DNA from: the human T2T-CHM13v2.0 reference genome, Homo sapiens
Assembly (NCBI RefSeq): GCF_009914755.1
Contig: NC_060932.1
Length of the DNA: 64,000 nucleotides
Direction: 5' to 3' (one strand)
This document shows positions 44,596 to 62,096 of the stretch, piece by piece; within the stretch, counting starts at the first letter, position 1; every line of letters starts with the position of its first letter. The notes beneath the pieces were generated by a model. The model ran no database searches. It was given only the letters and a program-made list of their open reading frames with translations, and was not told the DNA's origin. Both the position numbers and the translations under genes were made by a program.

Positions 44596-45062
44596 CTAAA
44601 AGAGTTGTTGTAAATTAAATGTTTTACGAATTTTTAATTTTATTCTCTTTAATCAGATAATGTGGCCTTTTCAATTATTGCTGTTTTGATTTATTTCTTT
44701 TAGATTTTCTTTGCTCTAATAACGGATTATTTTTCAAAAAGATGTTCTTTGGACACATGTAAAGAAAGTATATGGTTCAAATTTCCTTACCTTCCTTATT
44801 TTTGTCTAGTTGATTTTGTACAGAGCTTGTGAAGGGGCTGTTATTATGTTACATGTCAATTGCATTTCTACAAATCCTTATTTTTATCTCCAAAGTTATT
44901 GCTTTATGTATCTTTGGTACTGTATCATTTGATGAATAAATGCTTAATACTATTATGAATTCTCTATTGATTATATCTATTAGAAATATAAATAATTTGT
45001 ACCTTATTGTATAAAGCAAATTATTGGAAAAGTAAACAAAATAATATAAGAAAAACACTTGG

Positions 45063-45369
<307 letters not shown>

Positions 45370-45439
45370 CTAATTCTTTTACTTTTAGTTTTTTTTCATT
45401 TTGTGCAAGTTGTGTTCTCTTGTACACAGAAAGTCACTG

Positions 45440-46005
45440 AATGTTGTTTTTAAAATGTATTTTTATTAAAATAATATACATCCAGGAAAGTACAGACCTA
45501 AGTGTACAGTTGAATGATTTTTCACAAAGTGAACAAAGCTGTGAGCCAGCATTTGAATCAAGAATATCCCGGAAACTCTTCTCTTACTTCCTTCTAGTCA
45601 TTAGCCTTTACAAGGGTAGCCACTTGTAAGAGCACAGATTAATTTTAAATGATTTTTAATTTTAGATGAATGGATTCATTCTTGTACCTTAGTGTCTATG
45701 TTCTTTCATGCAACATTATTGTTGGGAGATTCATCCACATAGGTGGATGTAGCTGTAGTTTGCTCATTCTTATTGCTGAATAATATTCTACTTATTATTG
45801 ATGGTCTTTTGGGTATTGTCTAATTTAGGGCTATCTCAAATGGGGCTGCCATGAACACTCATTGTGTGCATTTTGGCTAGCTTATATATGCATTTTTGTT
45901 CAGAACATACCTTGGGATGGAATTGCTAGGTCACAGAATATGCATATTTTTAGAAAACAGTGTTAAACAACTTTACAAAGTGATTGTACCAATTTGCATT
46001 CCCAT
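45440..46005 (-). mobile_element. Old L1 (L1ME-like) 3' end
   Basis: aagtgtacagttgaatgatttttcacaaagtgaaca; ggaattgctaggtcacag. Confidence 0.7.
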
Positions 46006-46718
46006 AAATCTTGCCTTTTAATAAGAGTTTTAAATTGTCATAATTGTTTTGACCACTGTCATGTGATTTTGTGGTTTTGTTTTGGTTCCTTTGCTGTTTT
46101 TAAAATTCAGTTCTCTTTTCAGTATAAACAGAACTTTGTTTTCACTTGCCTTTTGCAATAATCTGGAGGGTAGAAAATCTGGTTTTAGTTTTACTAATGG
46201 TTACTGTAAAGTAATCTGCAACCATTTTCATAAGTCTGTTTAATTATCAAAATCACAGTAAAAACAATTACTTTAACTCACTTTTCATGAAAGGCAAAGA
46301 TTGTAGTACTTTTACTTTTGCGGCCTTCCCTGATTCCTGTCTTCATAAAATTAATGTTGTGTTATAAATCCATCACTCAAAATTTAGCCTATCAGAGTGG
46401 GGGTAACATGTAAGTGTTGATACTGACTCATATTAAATTGATTAAATGGAATGATGCCATTGACTTTAAATGTTATTGTAAGAAAAGCTAAATGAAATAT
46501 TGGTTGTGATTACTATGAGGATCTTGTTCATTGCATTACCAAGTCCTCCCAATAAGACGTTGTTCTCAGATCTCAGAATTAGAAATCATGCTTTTCATGA
46601 GCATGTGGTTTGTTTTTATCTCATGAGGATGGATCATTTCCCCTTTTATCACATTAACTCCTAGGAAATTTACAATATATTTTTTTCTATGTTGTTAATA
46701 TCTTTGAAAACAGTTTTA

Positions 46719-47169
<451 letters not shown>

Positions 47170-47289
47170 TCATCTGTGTTATTTGAATCATTTTAGTATA
47201 AACTTGTACATTATTTTTATAATTTTAAAAACATATTAAGTGTGTATTTAAAAGAAAGAAAATAAAGAAGAGCATATTTAGGAGGCAAG

Positions 47290-48550
47290 ATAGATCTTCC
47301 TAAGACACACATAAGACCTGGGAACTATAAAGAAATGATTGACAGATCTGACTCATAAATTTAAAACCTTTTCCTCAACAAAAGAAAAATGTACAAAACA
47401 TATTTTGTACAAAGTACAAAAAACAGCAACAGACTGGGAGACATTATTTATTACAAATATTATAGACAAAAATGAATAACTCTGAAATATAACTAGCTCT
47501 AACAAATTAATAAGAAAAATACAATAAAAATGAGCAAGGGATATAAATGAACAATTCATTAAGAAGAAATTCAAGGAATTTCTTAGTTCAGTTTGCTATA
47601 ACAAATTACCGTAGACTGGGAGGCTTAAACAACATTTATTTCTCACAGTTCTAGAGACGGGGAAGTCCAAGATTGAGGACCCAGCAAATCTGCTGTCTGG
47701 TGCAGGTCTACTGCTTGGTTTGCAGATGGCACCTTCTCATTACATCCTTACATGGTGGAGAGCAGAAAAAGAAATAGCAAGCTCGTTTGTGTCTTTTTAT
47801 AAGGCCACTAATCCCATTCGTGAGGGCTCCACCCTCATTACCTAATTATCTTCCAAAGACCCCACCTCCAAATACCATCACATTGGGGTTTAGGATTTAA
47901 GTATATGAATTGGTGGTGGAGGTGGGAGGTGGGAGGAATACAAAATTCAGTTTGTAACAGATCTATAAACATATATTACTTAAGCTAGTAATTTAATAAA
48001 TGCAAATGAAAAAGAGGTAAATTTTTCATCTGTTGGCATACATTCAAAAGATACATAATGTCTGACTGATGCAGGTGAGGAAGAAAAGGGCAAGTATTGG
48101 TTATTAAAGTAATACAGCAATTTGGAAAGATAAATGCATACTATATGAACCAGCAGTCCCATTTCTTGGGCTCTCTTCAAATATGTAAAAATGTATGAAT
48201 ATATACATATATAGACACACATACGTATTGCAGCATTATTTGTAAGAATACAAATAATGGAAATGATTTAAATGATGATTTTGGTGGAATATCCATTAAT
48301 GGAAAACCAAGCATCTAATAAGAAAAAATGGTAGCTCTCTCTATACTGACCTGAAAAAATGTCCACAATTTATTATTAAGTGAAAAAAGCAAGTTGTAGA
48401 TATGATCCAAGTTTTGGTAACAATCCCAACCCCCTGCGCACACCCCCACACTCCCCAGCAAAAAAAATCTGCATATAGTATGGATGTGTCTCTACAAGCA
48501 GAGAATCGCTTTGGGAAGGAAACAGAATGGGGAACAGTGGTTTTCCATGT
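47290..48550 (+). mobile_element. Old L1M 3' fragments containing an MLT1 LTR (~47580-47958, minus)
   Basis: acagactgggagacattattt; cgtattgcagcattatttgtaa; MLT1 end tttgctataacaaattaccgtagactggg. Confidence 0.65.
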
Positions 48551-48586
48551 GAGGGGGTTTTCCATGTGAGTGGTTTTCCATGTGAG
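48539..48586. repeat. ggttttccatgtgag x3
   Basis: Identical 15-mers at 48539, 48556 and 48572. Confidence 0.9.
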
Positions 48587-49779
48587 GGGCAGAGTGGGAA
48601 TGTTCTCTCTTCATTCCTTTATCATTCCATATCATTTCTTTGTCAAATGTGAGCATCTGGTCAGCTGTCACTTTCTTTGATGTGTTTTTCAGTAACCCTC
48701 AACCCTCACTGGCCTCACAATCATTAAAGTAGACAGAGGATTACTTTTCAGTGTTAGCAACCTCTTCCATTCTGGATCTGCTTCCAGATCTCCAACTGTG
48801 AGTGAGGTGGAGCACAAGTCCTTGGCCAGGAAGATGTTAGAGAGCTGTGACCTTTTCCTAGAAAGAAGACAGATGTTTGCTCCTGAAATTCAGGGCAAGG
48901 TTTAATGCTAGTGTGCAATCTAGATCAATCGTGGTCTATCTTAATGGGCACCCTTCATTCTCCACTTCTTGCTGCAAATGGTCAGATAGCTAAGAGGGAG
49001 GGGTTGTTCTGGGAGGCGAATTAAGAAAGTTTCTGAAAGACTTGGGAAAGCATCATGTATCTCACCTAGACATTCACTGCACCCTCACATACACCTATTA
49101 ATGAGAAGCATGACATTGTGCAAGCAACTGGGCCCCACCTTAGCAGAAATTAGAGTTGGGTGTTCATTTTTTTCTAGCTCTCTTTCTCTCGGTCTTTCTG
49201 TCGCTTTCCGTTTCTTGATTTTTAAAAAAATCATAATCCTTTCTCTGATTACTAAGAGAAAATCCTATATAACCTATGTCATTCCACAGCAGGTAATTAA
49301 GTTCTGATTTCAAGATGAATTGTTGAATCAAATTCTGAGCACTAATGAAGGAAGTATTCTACAAGCTTCTGCTGATAGCAAATATACTATAATTGTGCTA
49401 CAAAACACATTTCTCAGAAAACCAAACAAAGGCAATAGGAAGGAATAGGCAAAGTTCATTTCTTCTTCGTTTTTTTTTTTTTTTTTTTTTTCCCTATTGC
49501 CCAGTTCTCAGTTTTCATAAGGCCATTTGAGAAAGGGCACAATTCTAGAGATTTGTGCTCTGCTTATTTGGACTCTCTTTTATGGTTCCCTTCCCTCACT
49601 TTACCTTTTCTATTATGGCTTGTGCTCACTCATGATACGAACAGTAATGTTGCCAACCGGCATTGTGAGAGCATCACCAAATGTGTAAGTTATCTTTTTT
49701 GGAACAAGTTATAACAAGATTCTAAAACACAACTGTAATTCTCAAAGGATTTAGTTAGTGCAGGTATAATCTTACCAGG

Positions 49780-50202
49780 TGAGATACTTTGGATATTTGT
49801 CCCCTCCAAATCTCATGTTGAAATTTGATCCCCAGTGTTGAGGAGGGGCCTGGAGGGAGGTGTTTGGGTCACAGGAGAACAATCCCTCATGAAAGCCTTG
49901 GTGCCTTTCTCGTGGGACTGAGTGAGTTCTCACTCTTAGTTTCCAAAAGGGCTGGTTGTTAAAAAGAACGTGGCACCTCCTCGTTTTTCTCTCTTGCACC
50001 CTCTCATGCCATGTGACACAGCGGCTCCCCTTGCCTTCTGACAGGAGTAAAAGCTTCCGGAGGCCCTCACCAGAAGCTGAGCAGGTACTAGCACCATGCT
50101 TCCTGTACAGCCTGCAGAAGTGTGAGCCAAATATACCTCTTTTCTTTAAAAATTACCCCATCTCAGGTGTTTTTTTATGGCAACACAAAACACACTAATA
50201 CA
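49780..50202 (+). mobile_element. MSTB solo LTR
   Basis: tttggatatttgtcccctccaaatctcatgttgaaat...ctaataca; TSD ccagg / cctgg. Confidence 0.85.
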
Positions 50203-51331
50203 CCTGGGAAGACTGAGATGCTGCATTTGAAGAGTTCTGGGTCTTTCTCCAAGGAACTGTTGGACTTCACTTGCTAAGTTTGTAGGGATACTAACAGCGG
50301 CAATGGGGTAACATTGCTAAAAATGGGACCCTAAATTCAGAACCTAACCTAACAAACCCTCAATAGAACAATTTTCCTTCTTTTCTCTATGAGAAGGGAA
50401 GTGAGTTTGGCTAAGCAAAGATCGGGGTGGGATGGGTGGAGGCAGGAGAGAAGGAGACAAAGGGATGATGAGTGAATGGAATGAAATTTCTATGCCCTCA
50501 GAACTGCCAGGTCTCCATGAAATGGAGGTGTGTCTGCAGTGGTGGCTGCAGTTTGCTCCCACAGTTTGCGCTTTTCTCTCTTCCACTGTCTCTCCCTTGG
50601 CCTGGTCATGCCCCTCTTTTTCTCTCCAGATTCATAGCTGGGGAGAAGGGCTTGCCCATGAAATATTGTGGCTGAGTTTTGCTGCTACAAGAAAGAATAC
50701 ATTTAGTTTCCAACTGAGCCTTTCTGGATATTTTTCAAGAAATTCAAGGAAAAAAGGAAAGAAAGAAAAGAGAATGTAAAAGAACAAGTGCTTCAGGTCT
50801 CAGTTTCTTAATTCCCCATAAAGAAATCTAGTCAGCTGAGGCTTCCTCAAGTGGGTGAATAGCTTGGATTTTGCCTGAGCTAATTACGTATTGACATGTA
50901 TGTGCCAAGATCTATGGGTGGGCATAATACCAGAACACAGGAGATTCAAATTAACTATATTTTGTATTATTTTTCTGTGCTCTTTAATATCTAAAAGTTT
51001 AAATCAAATTCATGGATCCTTGAACAACAGAGTAAATCAGCAAGTAAAATAAATGTACTTCTAAAGTGCAAAATAAAAAGGAACATGCTGTTTGCTTTAC
51101 ATCATTTTATTAATTTGAGTTAGTTAACATTTACTGAAAACCCACCAGGTACAGGATGTAATAGACATGTAGAAAAGTAAGAAAAGATACAGGAAGTATA
51201 TTTTTCTGACTGCAAAAATCCAACTAATTTAGTCTAAGGAAGACACCAACTAAAGACATGAGAACAGCTGAGAATACAAATAATGGAAACATGACAATGT
51301 CCACTAAAGACACTAAGGACACGTTAGTTTC

Positions 51332-51576
<245 letters not shown>

Positions 51577-51666
51577 GGACATGTTAGTTTCAATCACCTG
51601 TGAGTGTGGAAGGGAGGGCTCATTGAGTGAGCCCTTGGACCTTTGGAAGCCTGTGTGTTGCAATGA

Positions 51667-52107
<441 letters not shown>

Positions 52108-52442
52108 CCTGATTTTATTTAATCAGAGATGGCCATTTGAGGATTTATGCCACATGATTTGTGTCTATGTAAGCTCAGGATTCTTTATCTCTCTTAAAGT
52201 TAGAAGAAGCAGGCATGGCACATGGCTATGAAGACATCATAGGTAGCACTCAGGCCGTCTGTTTGGCCAGCTTACCACTTTGTGGATTTCATGTGAAAGC
52301 AAGTCTCCACTCTGGAATAAGGGTTTGTTGCCTGACTTTCCAGGGGAGTGTACTCTACTTTCCACAGCCTCCTTTTCTGTGCTTCCTGCTCACAGAAATC
52401 GAGAGCACTGCTCAAGAATCTGCTCAAGAACTCTGTGTCTCT

Positions 52443-52698
52443 GGCCAGGCGCAGTGGCTCATGCCTGTAATCCCAGCACTTTGGGAGACTGAGGCGGGCA
52501 GATCACTTGAGCTCACGAGTTCAAGACCATCCTGGGCAACATGGCAAAACCCCGTCTCTACCGAAAAAAAAAAATAGCCAGGTGGGGTGGCATGTTCCTG
52601 TAGTCCCAGCTACTTGGGAGGCTGAGGTGGGAGGTTGGCTTGAGCCCAGGAGGCGAGGTTGCAGTGCCACTGCACTTCAGCCTGGGCGACAGAGACAG
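52443..52698 (+). mobile_element. Alu SINE lacking poly-A tail
   Basis: Ends at gacagag; agaactctgtgt at 52427 and 52699. Confidence 0.85.
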
Positions 52699-53608
52699 AG
52701 AACTCTGTGTTTTGCATGAGCAACACTGCTGGGTGGCACCAAGCTCCCTTTTGTCTTGTTGCGAGTATTCCTAGGCTCCTCAGGAAACTGTCGGGTTTAC
52801 CCACTGTGCTTGCGAGTGATGTGCCTTCAAAGCCCACTTATGGCTCAGAACAGTGCATCCCAGACCACCTGTGGGGAGGGACTATTTTGTCTTCAATCCA
52901 TCATGGGTCAATATTTTTAAAAATACAATAAAATAAACTACTAAAAAATGAAATAAAAAGTAATGGCATATAAATCACAAGCTCAATTCTTTTTACTAGA
53001 TTCAAGAGACACAAACTTACTCTGTCCAATTGCCATCAAAGTTGTAATTGCTTATTTTGTTCTGTACTTATCTCATTGCAGAATTTCTACAGTTCGTAGA
53101 ATCGAGCAGGAACTGGTCCCCTGACTATAGTTTAAGCACTGGCCTAAAAGATGATGGGCTTTGCATTAGTTTCAAAGTGGAAGCCCATCACCCAGATTGT
53201 TGGAGGGTCGAGGAGCAGATCTCCTTTCGTTGATTTCATGTCGTCATTTGTTCTGACTCAAGTCAGAGCTAGAAAATTTGCAATCAGTATTTGTCCCTGG
53301 AAGCCAGTTGCCATTCCTCTTTGCCTCCCAGCTGAGATACAAGCTCCTCCTGCCCACTCCTATAGAACTATTTATGTATCCTCTTATCTCTTTTGCCAAG
53401 CTTCAAGGTCTCACTCAATACTGCTCAATACATGTGGGGAGGAGGAATGAAGGAACACTAGTTACATGTGCTGAAAAATAAGCAGACAATTTACCCACTA
53501 GACTTACAAGCATTGCTGGGAATGTCCGAAGGAATTTTGGTTTCACCATTGTCTTTCCAGGAGAAAGACCTGCTGAGAAAATAAGAGAGAGGAAAAGATA
53601 AATATACT

Positions 53609-53970
53609 TGTATTAGTTCATTTTCACACTACTGATAAAGACATACCTGAGACTGGGTAATTTGTAAAGAAAAAGAGGTTTAATGGACTCACAGTTCCAC
53701 GTGGCTGGGGAGGCCTCACTATCGTGGCAGAAGGCAAGGAGGAGAAATGGCACATCTTACATGGCAGCAGGTAAGAGGTGTGTGCAGGGACACTGCCCTT
53801 TATAAAACCATCAGATCTTGTGAGACTTATTTACCAACATGAGAACAGTATGGGGGAAACTTCCCCCATGATTCAATTTTCTCCCACTTGGTCCCTCCTA
53901 CAACATGTGGGAATTATGGGAGCTACAATTCAAGATGAGATTTGGGTGGGGACTCAGCCAAGCCACATCA
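53609..53970 (-). mobile_element. THE1B solo LTR
   Basis: tgtattagt...ccacatca; TSD ATACT (53604-53608, 53971-53975). Confidence 0.92.
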
Positions 53971-55471
53971 ATACTTTTTCACTAGATCCAGCACAGTAAA
54001 GGCCTGTAGGGCATGCTCACGATGGAAAGAAACTGTGAGATGAGGAGGATATGGAGATGCCCTGCCATCAGGGAAAGGGTGCCAACTGGAGTCCTAGGCC
54101 TGGCTCTGAGCTTTGTCCTGGAGATCCGGTCTGCCTGCCTACCCTGCCTGATTACACTCTTATCATGGGTGGATGCCTCCCTTCTTCACCTGTCCAAGTT
54201 GTGCTTACCCAGGCCTTCTCTACATGCCACTTTCCCAGAGTGGTCTGCCATCTTGTTCATCCTGCTCTCTCATAACAGCTCTGCCTTTTCCTGTGATGGC
54301 ACTTACAAGTTGTCATAATATTTTTATACATGGTCACTTTTCTTTTATGCCATACTTTAAGCTTGTGAGAGCAGGGATTGTGCCTGTCTTATTCATTCCT
54401 ATATATTCCATGCCTTGGCACAATGTCTGGAATAAAGACATTACATAGCTGTATTGGTGACAGTACTTGCCGTCGTCTTTTGTTTTGCTTTTTTGTTCTT
54501 CTAATTCTTGCTTGTAACCTTTGTATTGAGTGAATTGGGTTTGACAGGGTTGGATCAAAGCCACTTTAGTTTCATTGTCCCTCCCAACCTACTCTATGGG
54601 CTACATCTTTTCCTTCCTGAGGATATAATCTCAGGCAGGTCCCTATAGCTTGCAAGGACAGTTGTAGGCCATAAAAAGTCACTTTCAATGGCAAGAACTG
54701 ACTTATATTAGTAACTGAGGCATGACCAGTGAAATGATCAAAACTCCTGGGTCGGGGGCACAGGCTGTGGCAGTCTCCAGATGCAGCAGCTGCTGCACTC
54801 TTCATGGGTCCGCCCTGCCAGGCAGTAGGAGGAAAGGGCACCCTGTCTGGGGTCCTCTTTTCTCAGGTGCCCTGTTGCGGGCATTCCCAAGCTGTAGGCC
54901 TATATGAGCACATCCAGCCATTGGGGATTCATCACCCCCTCTCCTGTGTGGCAGATTTGTGTGAAACTCTGTCCTCAAAACTCATGCCTGCAGCAATGCC
55001 TGAAAGGTCCTGGCTCAGCTCCCAGTGAGGAGGAAGCAGTCCCTCCCCATCCCAGTGAGGGAAGTGCTGGGCATGTCCCAGTACCCCAGCGACCCTCCCC
55101 ACACTTTTCCCATCCAGGTCTTCTACAGGCCAGAGTTGGTGTTTGTCAGTGCCAGGAAAACACTCACAGTCTCTTCCCATGTGCTCGGAGGAGTCCAGCA
55201 TCTGCTGCCCACGGGGGACCAGACCAGACAAAGATCCACCCCAACCCCCAATCCTCTTGACCTTAGGTGCATGAGAAAAATGCGTGAAAGTGAGGCAGAG
55301 GGAACCCCTTGGTGACACCTGTTGCTCTTTTTCACTGAGGGCACCCATGGCTTTCTAGGAAACAGATTTGATGAACTTTTTTTAGGCTTTGTATTTTTTC
55401 TTCTTTGAAACTTTTGGCACTGCCAACCATTCATTCCCTGAAGTCCTCTTGCTTAGTTTCTGTGACTTCTA

Positions 55472-56075
<604 letters not shown>

Positions 56076-56379
56076 CTTTGTACATCTTCTAAGCAGTCTT
56101 GTCCTTGTTTTGCCAGACTGTGTGGTAGGACACAGTGAAGAACAGAGGCTCCACCACAGACATGTGCAAAACCTGGCTTTGCCACTTACTAAGTCACTTG
56201 ACCCCTCTGAGATTCAATTTCTATAAAACAGTGTTAATAGGATGATCCCCAACTATTCAAGGTATCCTTGTGGAGTTTATAAATGATGGGGGTAAAGCAC
56301 ATAAAATACCAACTGGGACTTATCCATCGATAAATATTAGCAATATATACTGAATTTCATGCAATCTAAGAATTCGTCA

Positions 56380-57045
<666 letters not shown>

Positions 57046-57234
57046 CAAAGGAAATTAAATTCCAACATGAGTTTAGGAAGAGACAAACATTTAAACCCTA
57101 ACAATCAGGTTAAAAAAAAAAGTCTTTATGCTGTAGGCCACTAAGAGAAATTTGCTACTGAAAGACCCATTTTTATTTCAGAAATGCTAAAGTATGAAGA
57201 GAGCACATTTAGAAAAAAGAAAATACAGTATCCT

Positions 57235-57620
57235 TGTAGCAATGGTCTGAATGTTTATATCACCATGCCCCCCAAATATATATGTTGAAATCCTACCCCC
57301 ACGAGGTGATGATGGTGTTAGGAGTGGGACCTTTGAGAGGTGATTAGGTCATGAAGGCTCTGATCTCATGATTGGGATTAGTGTTTTTATAAAAGAGGTC
57401 CAGAGAGCTGCCTTGTCCTTTCTGCCATGTCCTTGCTGTCACAGCAAGAATGCACCATTTATAGCCAGGCGTAGTGATGTGCGCCTGTAGGTCCAGCTCC
57501 TCAGGAGGCTGAGGTGGGAGGATCGCTTGAACCTGGGAGGTGGAGGTTGCAGTAAGCCTTGATCATACCACTGCACCCCCGCCTGGGGGACAGAGTGAGA
57601 TCCTGCCTCAAAATAAATAA
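57235..57620 (+). mobile_element. Partial MLT1A-type LTR followed by an Alu right arm (57463-57620)
   Basis: atggtctgaatgttt...tttgagaggtgattaggtcatga; then gccaggcgtagtg...poly-A. Confidence 0.7.
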
Positions 57621-58597
57621 GATTGTGGAAGATAAAGACTGGGCTGTGGGAGGTTATTGTGGGGACTCTGAGGTAGGAGAGGTCCTGTGCTATATATAAT
57701 ACTAGGATGTATGAAAGGCAAGCATCCTTTCCCCATTTCGTTCATTTCAAAAGCAAGGTGCTGAACCCTGCTGCATGCAGGGGAAGATGAAGAGACACTG
57801 TAATTAATGTGAACCATCCTCTCAGGAACAGACATTTGCAGAACTGAAGGGGAGTCAGAGCATTTCCGGATAGGAACTCATTAAAACTAAGCTTCTCTGA
57901 AATGAGAATCACTAAGTACAAAACATCCCATGCAACTGATAACTTCTGTTTTTTTAGGCAATTAAAAATATCAAGAAGAAATTAATTTCTAATACTTTTA
58001 TTGATCCAATACTTTTAAGACCAAACTTTCATATAAATGAGCAAAGTTCTGGACCCACTTTTAACTTGTTCCCCCACTTTGGCCATTCCGTCAGAGCAAA
58101 CCATAGCAGTGTGCGGGTCTCCTCTTTGGAACTGGAAATTGTGGTATGTAAGAACACAATTTTAGATGGAAGGGCAAATACTGCATAAGGATCAGCTGAC
58201 ATAAAGATCAGCTGAAGTAACCAACTGAAAAAAAAAATCACAGGGCAAAAGTGTTTCTTTTAGTAGAGAAGTGGGGACATTAGAAAAAAAAAGAAAAGGA
58301 ACAAATAAGAGCAGCTGGGTTGATGAGTATAACGAATACAGCTGCTCTTACCTTTGGAGACTAAAATGCTGACATGAATGGAGTGTGAGTGGAAAATTAG
58401 GCTGGTGATTGCAGTAGCCCCTACTGAGTATTTACTCCACAGCAATATATAATGGGGTATGATTGGCATTGCCTATTAAGAGATGCCGGACTGTAATCGG
58501 AATGTTGATACTCATCAAAATACAGTAAAACAAGGAGAGCAGTGATTACTTAAACCTGAAGTTACAAGATGGCATTGCTTTCTAAAGTTCTTTATTC

Positions 58598-58918
<321 letters not shown>

Positions 58919-59358
58919 TTATTCTGTTTGATCCTTCATAAAAACAAATTAAAAAAAAACCCCGCCACCACAGGTCATGCAAAATTAAGTTGCTATATAA
59001 TAGCAGAATAAGCCTGAGCTTACTGTATAAAGGCCAATATTTAGAGATGTTTTGTAAATTTCAATGAAAATCACTGCAGAGTATTATCTCTTCAGAAAGA
59101 GATTTCTTTTTGCTAACAATTATCTGTCCTTCTCCATCTCATTCCTTCGAACCAGTATTTCTGCACTGAGACAGAGTTGACTCACCATATCAACAAAGAA
59201 ATGACTTCTAGGTTTCAACTAGGGCTTTCTGTTCCCAGAGAATGATTGATGATTCTGCAGTTATGGAATTTCTCTTTGAAGATGAAGCTGAACCCAGCCT
59301 CACATCTCTTTTGAATTTTTTAAAGCTTCCTACATGTATTAGGGTGTAGGTAAGCCAC

Positions 59359-59761
59359 TGATATAGTTTCGGTATTTGTCCCCTCCAAATCTTATGTTGA
59401 AATGTGATCTCCAATGTTGAAGGTGGGGCCTACTGGGAGGTGTTTGAGTCATGGGGGTGGATCCCTTGTGAATGACTTTGTGCCCTCCCCAAAGTAATGA
59501 GTTTGTGTGAGATGTGGTTGTTATAGAGACTGGAACTTTCCTCCTCTTTCTCTTGTTCCCCTTCTAACCATGTGACACATCTACTTCCCCTTCACCTTCC
59601 ACCAGGAGTAAAAGCTTCCTGAGGCCTTATGAGAAGCTGAGCAGATGATGATGCTATGTTTCTTGTACAGCCTGCAGAACCATTAGCCAATAAACCTGTT
59701 ATCTTTAAAAATTACCTAGCCCCAGGGGTTCCTTTATAGCAATGCAAAACAAATGGATACA
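59359..59761 (+). mobile_element. MSTB-type solo LTR
   Basis: tgatatagtttcggtatttgtcccctccaaatc...gataca; TSD gccac / accac. Confidence 0.85.
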
Positions 59762-60007
59762 ACCACCAATCATTGTAACATATTCCTGGTAGTCTTCAAG
59801 GCCTTAATTCTACAGAATTGAATTTACTTCTTAAAAACCATACTTAATTTTTCATTTACTTAGTATATACAGTATAGATATTTTCCCTTCAGACCTAAGT
59901 GACAAATAACCGGTGTCACATTGTTTGTATGTTGTCATTCCTTTGAAATGGAAAAGGACCACTATAGGTGATCCTGAGGTCACTAGTGACTTAGATGAGG
60001 TTGATTA

Positions 60008-60679
<672 letters not shown>

Positions 60680-61776
60680 TAGTTCAGAAGGCAATCAGCA
60701 AGGACACAACAGAGTATGTACCTTAGTCTTCAGATTTCACTCTTTCACACATGACCCACACTTACATGTGGATGCCCCATGTACTGTCACATCCAGGCCT
60801 TCCAGCCCACTTGGAGAAATGTGAATTCTAGGACATTTTATGATATCAGTTCAAACTTCATGATAAACATTGTGTTGTAACGTTCTCATTTACCTAATGA
60901 AGTTTGATTCTTTACACTGGAAGGTTAGGCAACTCCAAGCAGCCAAAAATTCTCTAGAAGTTATATACATCAGCTAAATGGAAATATGGCCCCATAAACC
61001 ATAGATATCTGACTTTAAAAAGTCATTCCTTAGAAACCATACCTACAACTCGCTTTTATAATTATTATATCACATAGGTATAAATGATTCAGCACAGACT
61101 TGGATGTTTGATTTATGAATGTTTGTGTTGGTGAAGCATGCCTGCACAGTCATCCAATGATTCAGTGTAACTTTGCTGGCTGTAATGTTGGCTTGAACAT
61201 TTCTTGCAACTTTATTGGCCCATCTGCTCCAGAGTAGAGTCGTGGAACACTGTGCTTGCATTGCATGGCATGAATGCTGAACAGTGTTGTGAAACTTCAA
61301 CATAAAACAGAAAAGTGGTAACAGCAGTGACAATTACTGCTGTGTTTGTCACAACCTTATGAGCTAGCAACTAACATTTAATAAACATCAGGCATAGGGC
61401 TATGCACAGTTCATGTTCATATCTTGTGGAGTAGGTGTTATTACCACAGAAAACTGTGGTACAGACATTTAATCACACAGAGCTGATCAGTGGAGGAGTC
61501 ACGATTTGAACTCTGGTTAGCTAGTCTTACCACTGTGTAACTATTCATAATAACTGAAATCAATAAGGCTATTTATCACTTGAGTTGATTGAAGTTTGGA
61601 TCTTCAAAATATGACTGTTTTCTTCAGTAAACTTAAATTAGATCAAAGTTAAGTTACTAATAGTCACAAAAGAGAGTATAACATGGACCTAAGCTTCTTA
61701 AATTTTTTATTTGCTTGTTTTCAGGATACCCAAAATGTTTCATTTCAGCCTTGAACAACTACATTAATAATCTTTT

Positions 61777-62096
<320 letters not shown>

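Noticed and set aside
54572-55434. Stack of overlapping 60-138 aa ORFs on both strands
   Set aside because: Expected in GC-richer DNA; no recognisable domain or preferred frame.
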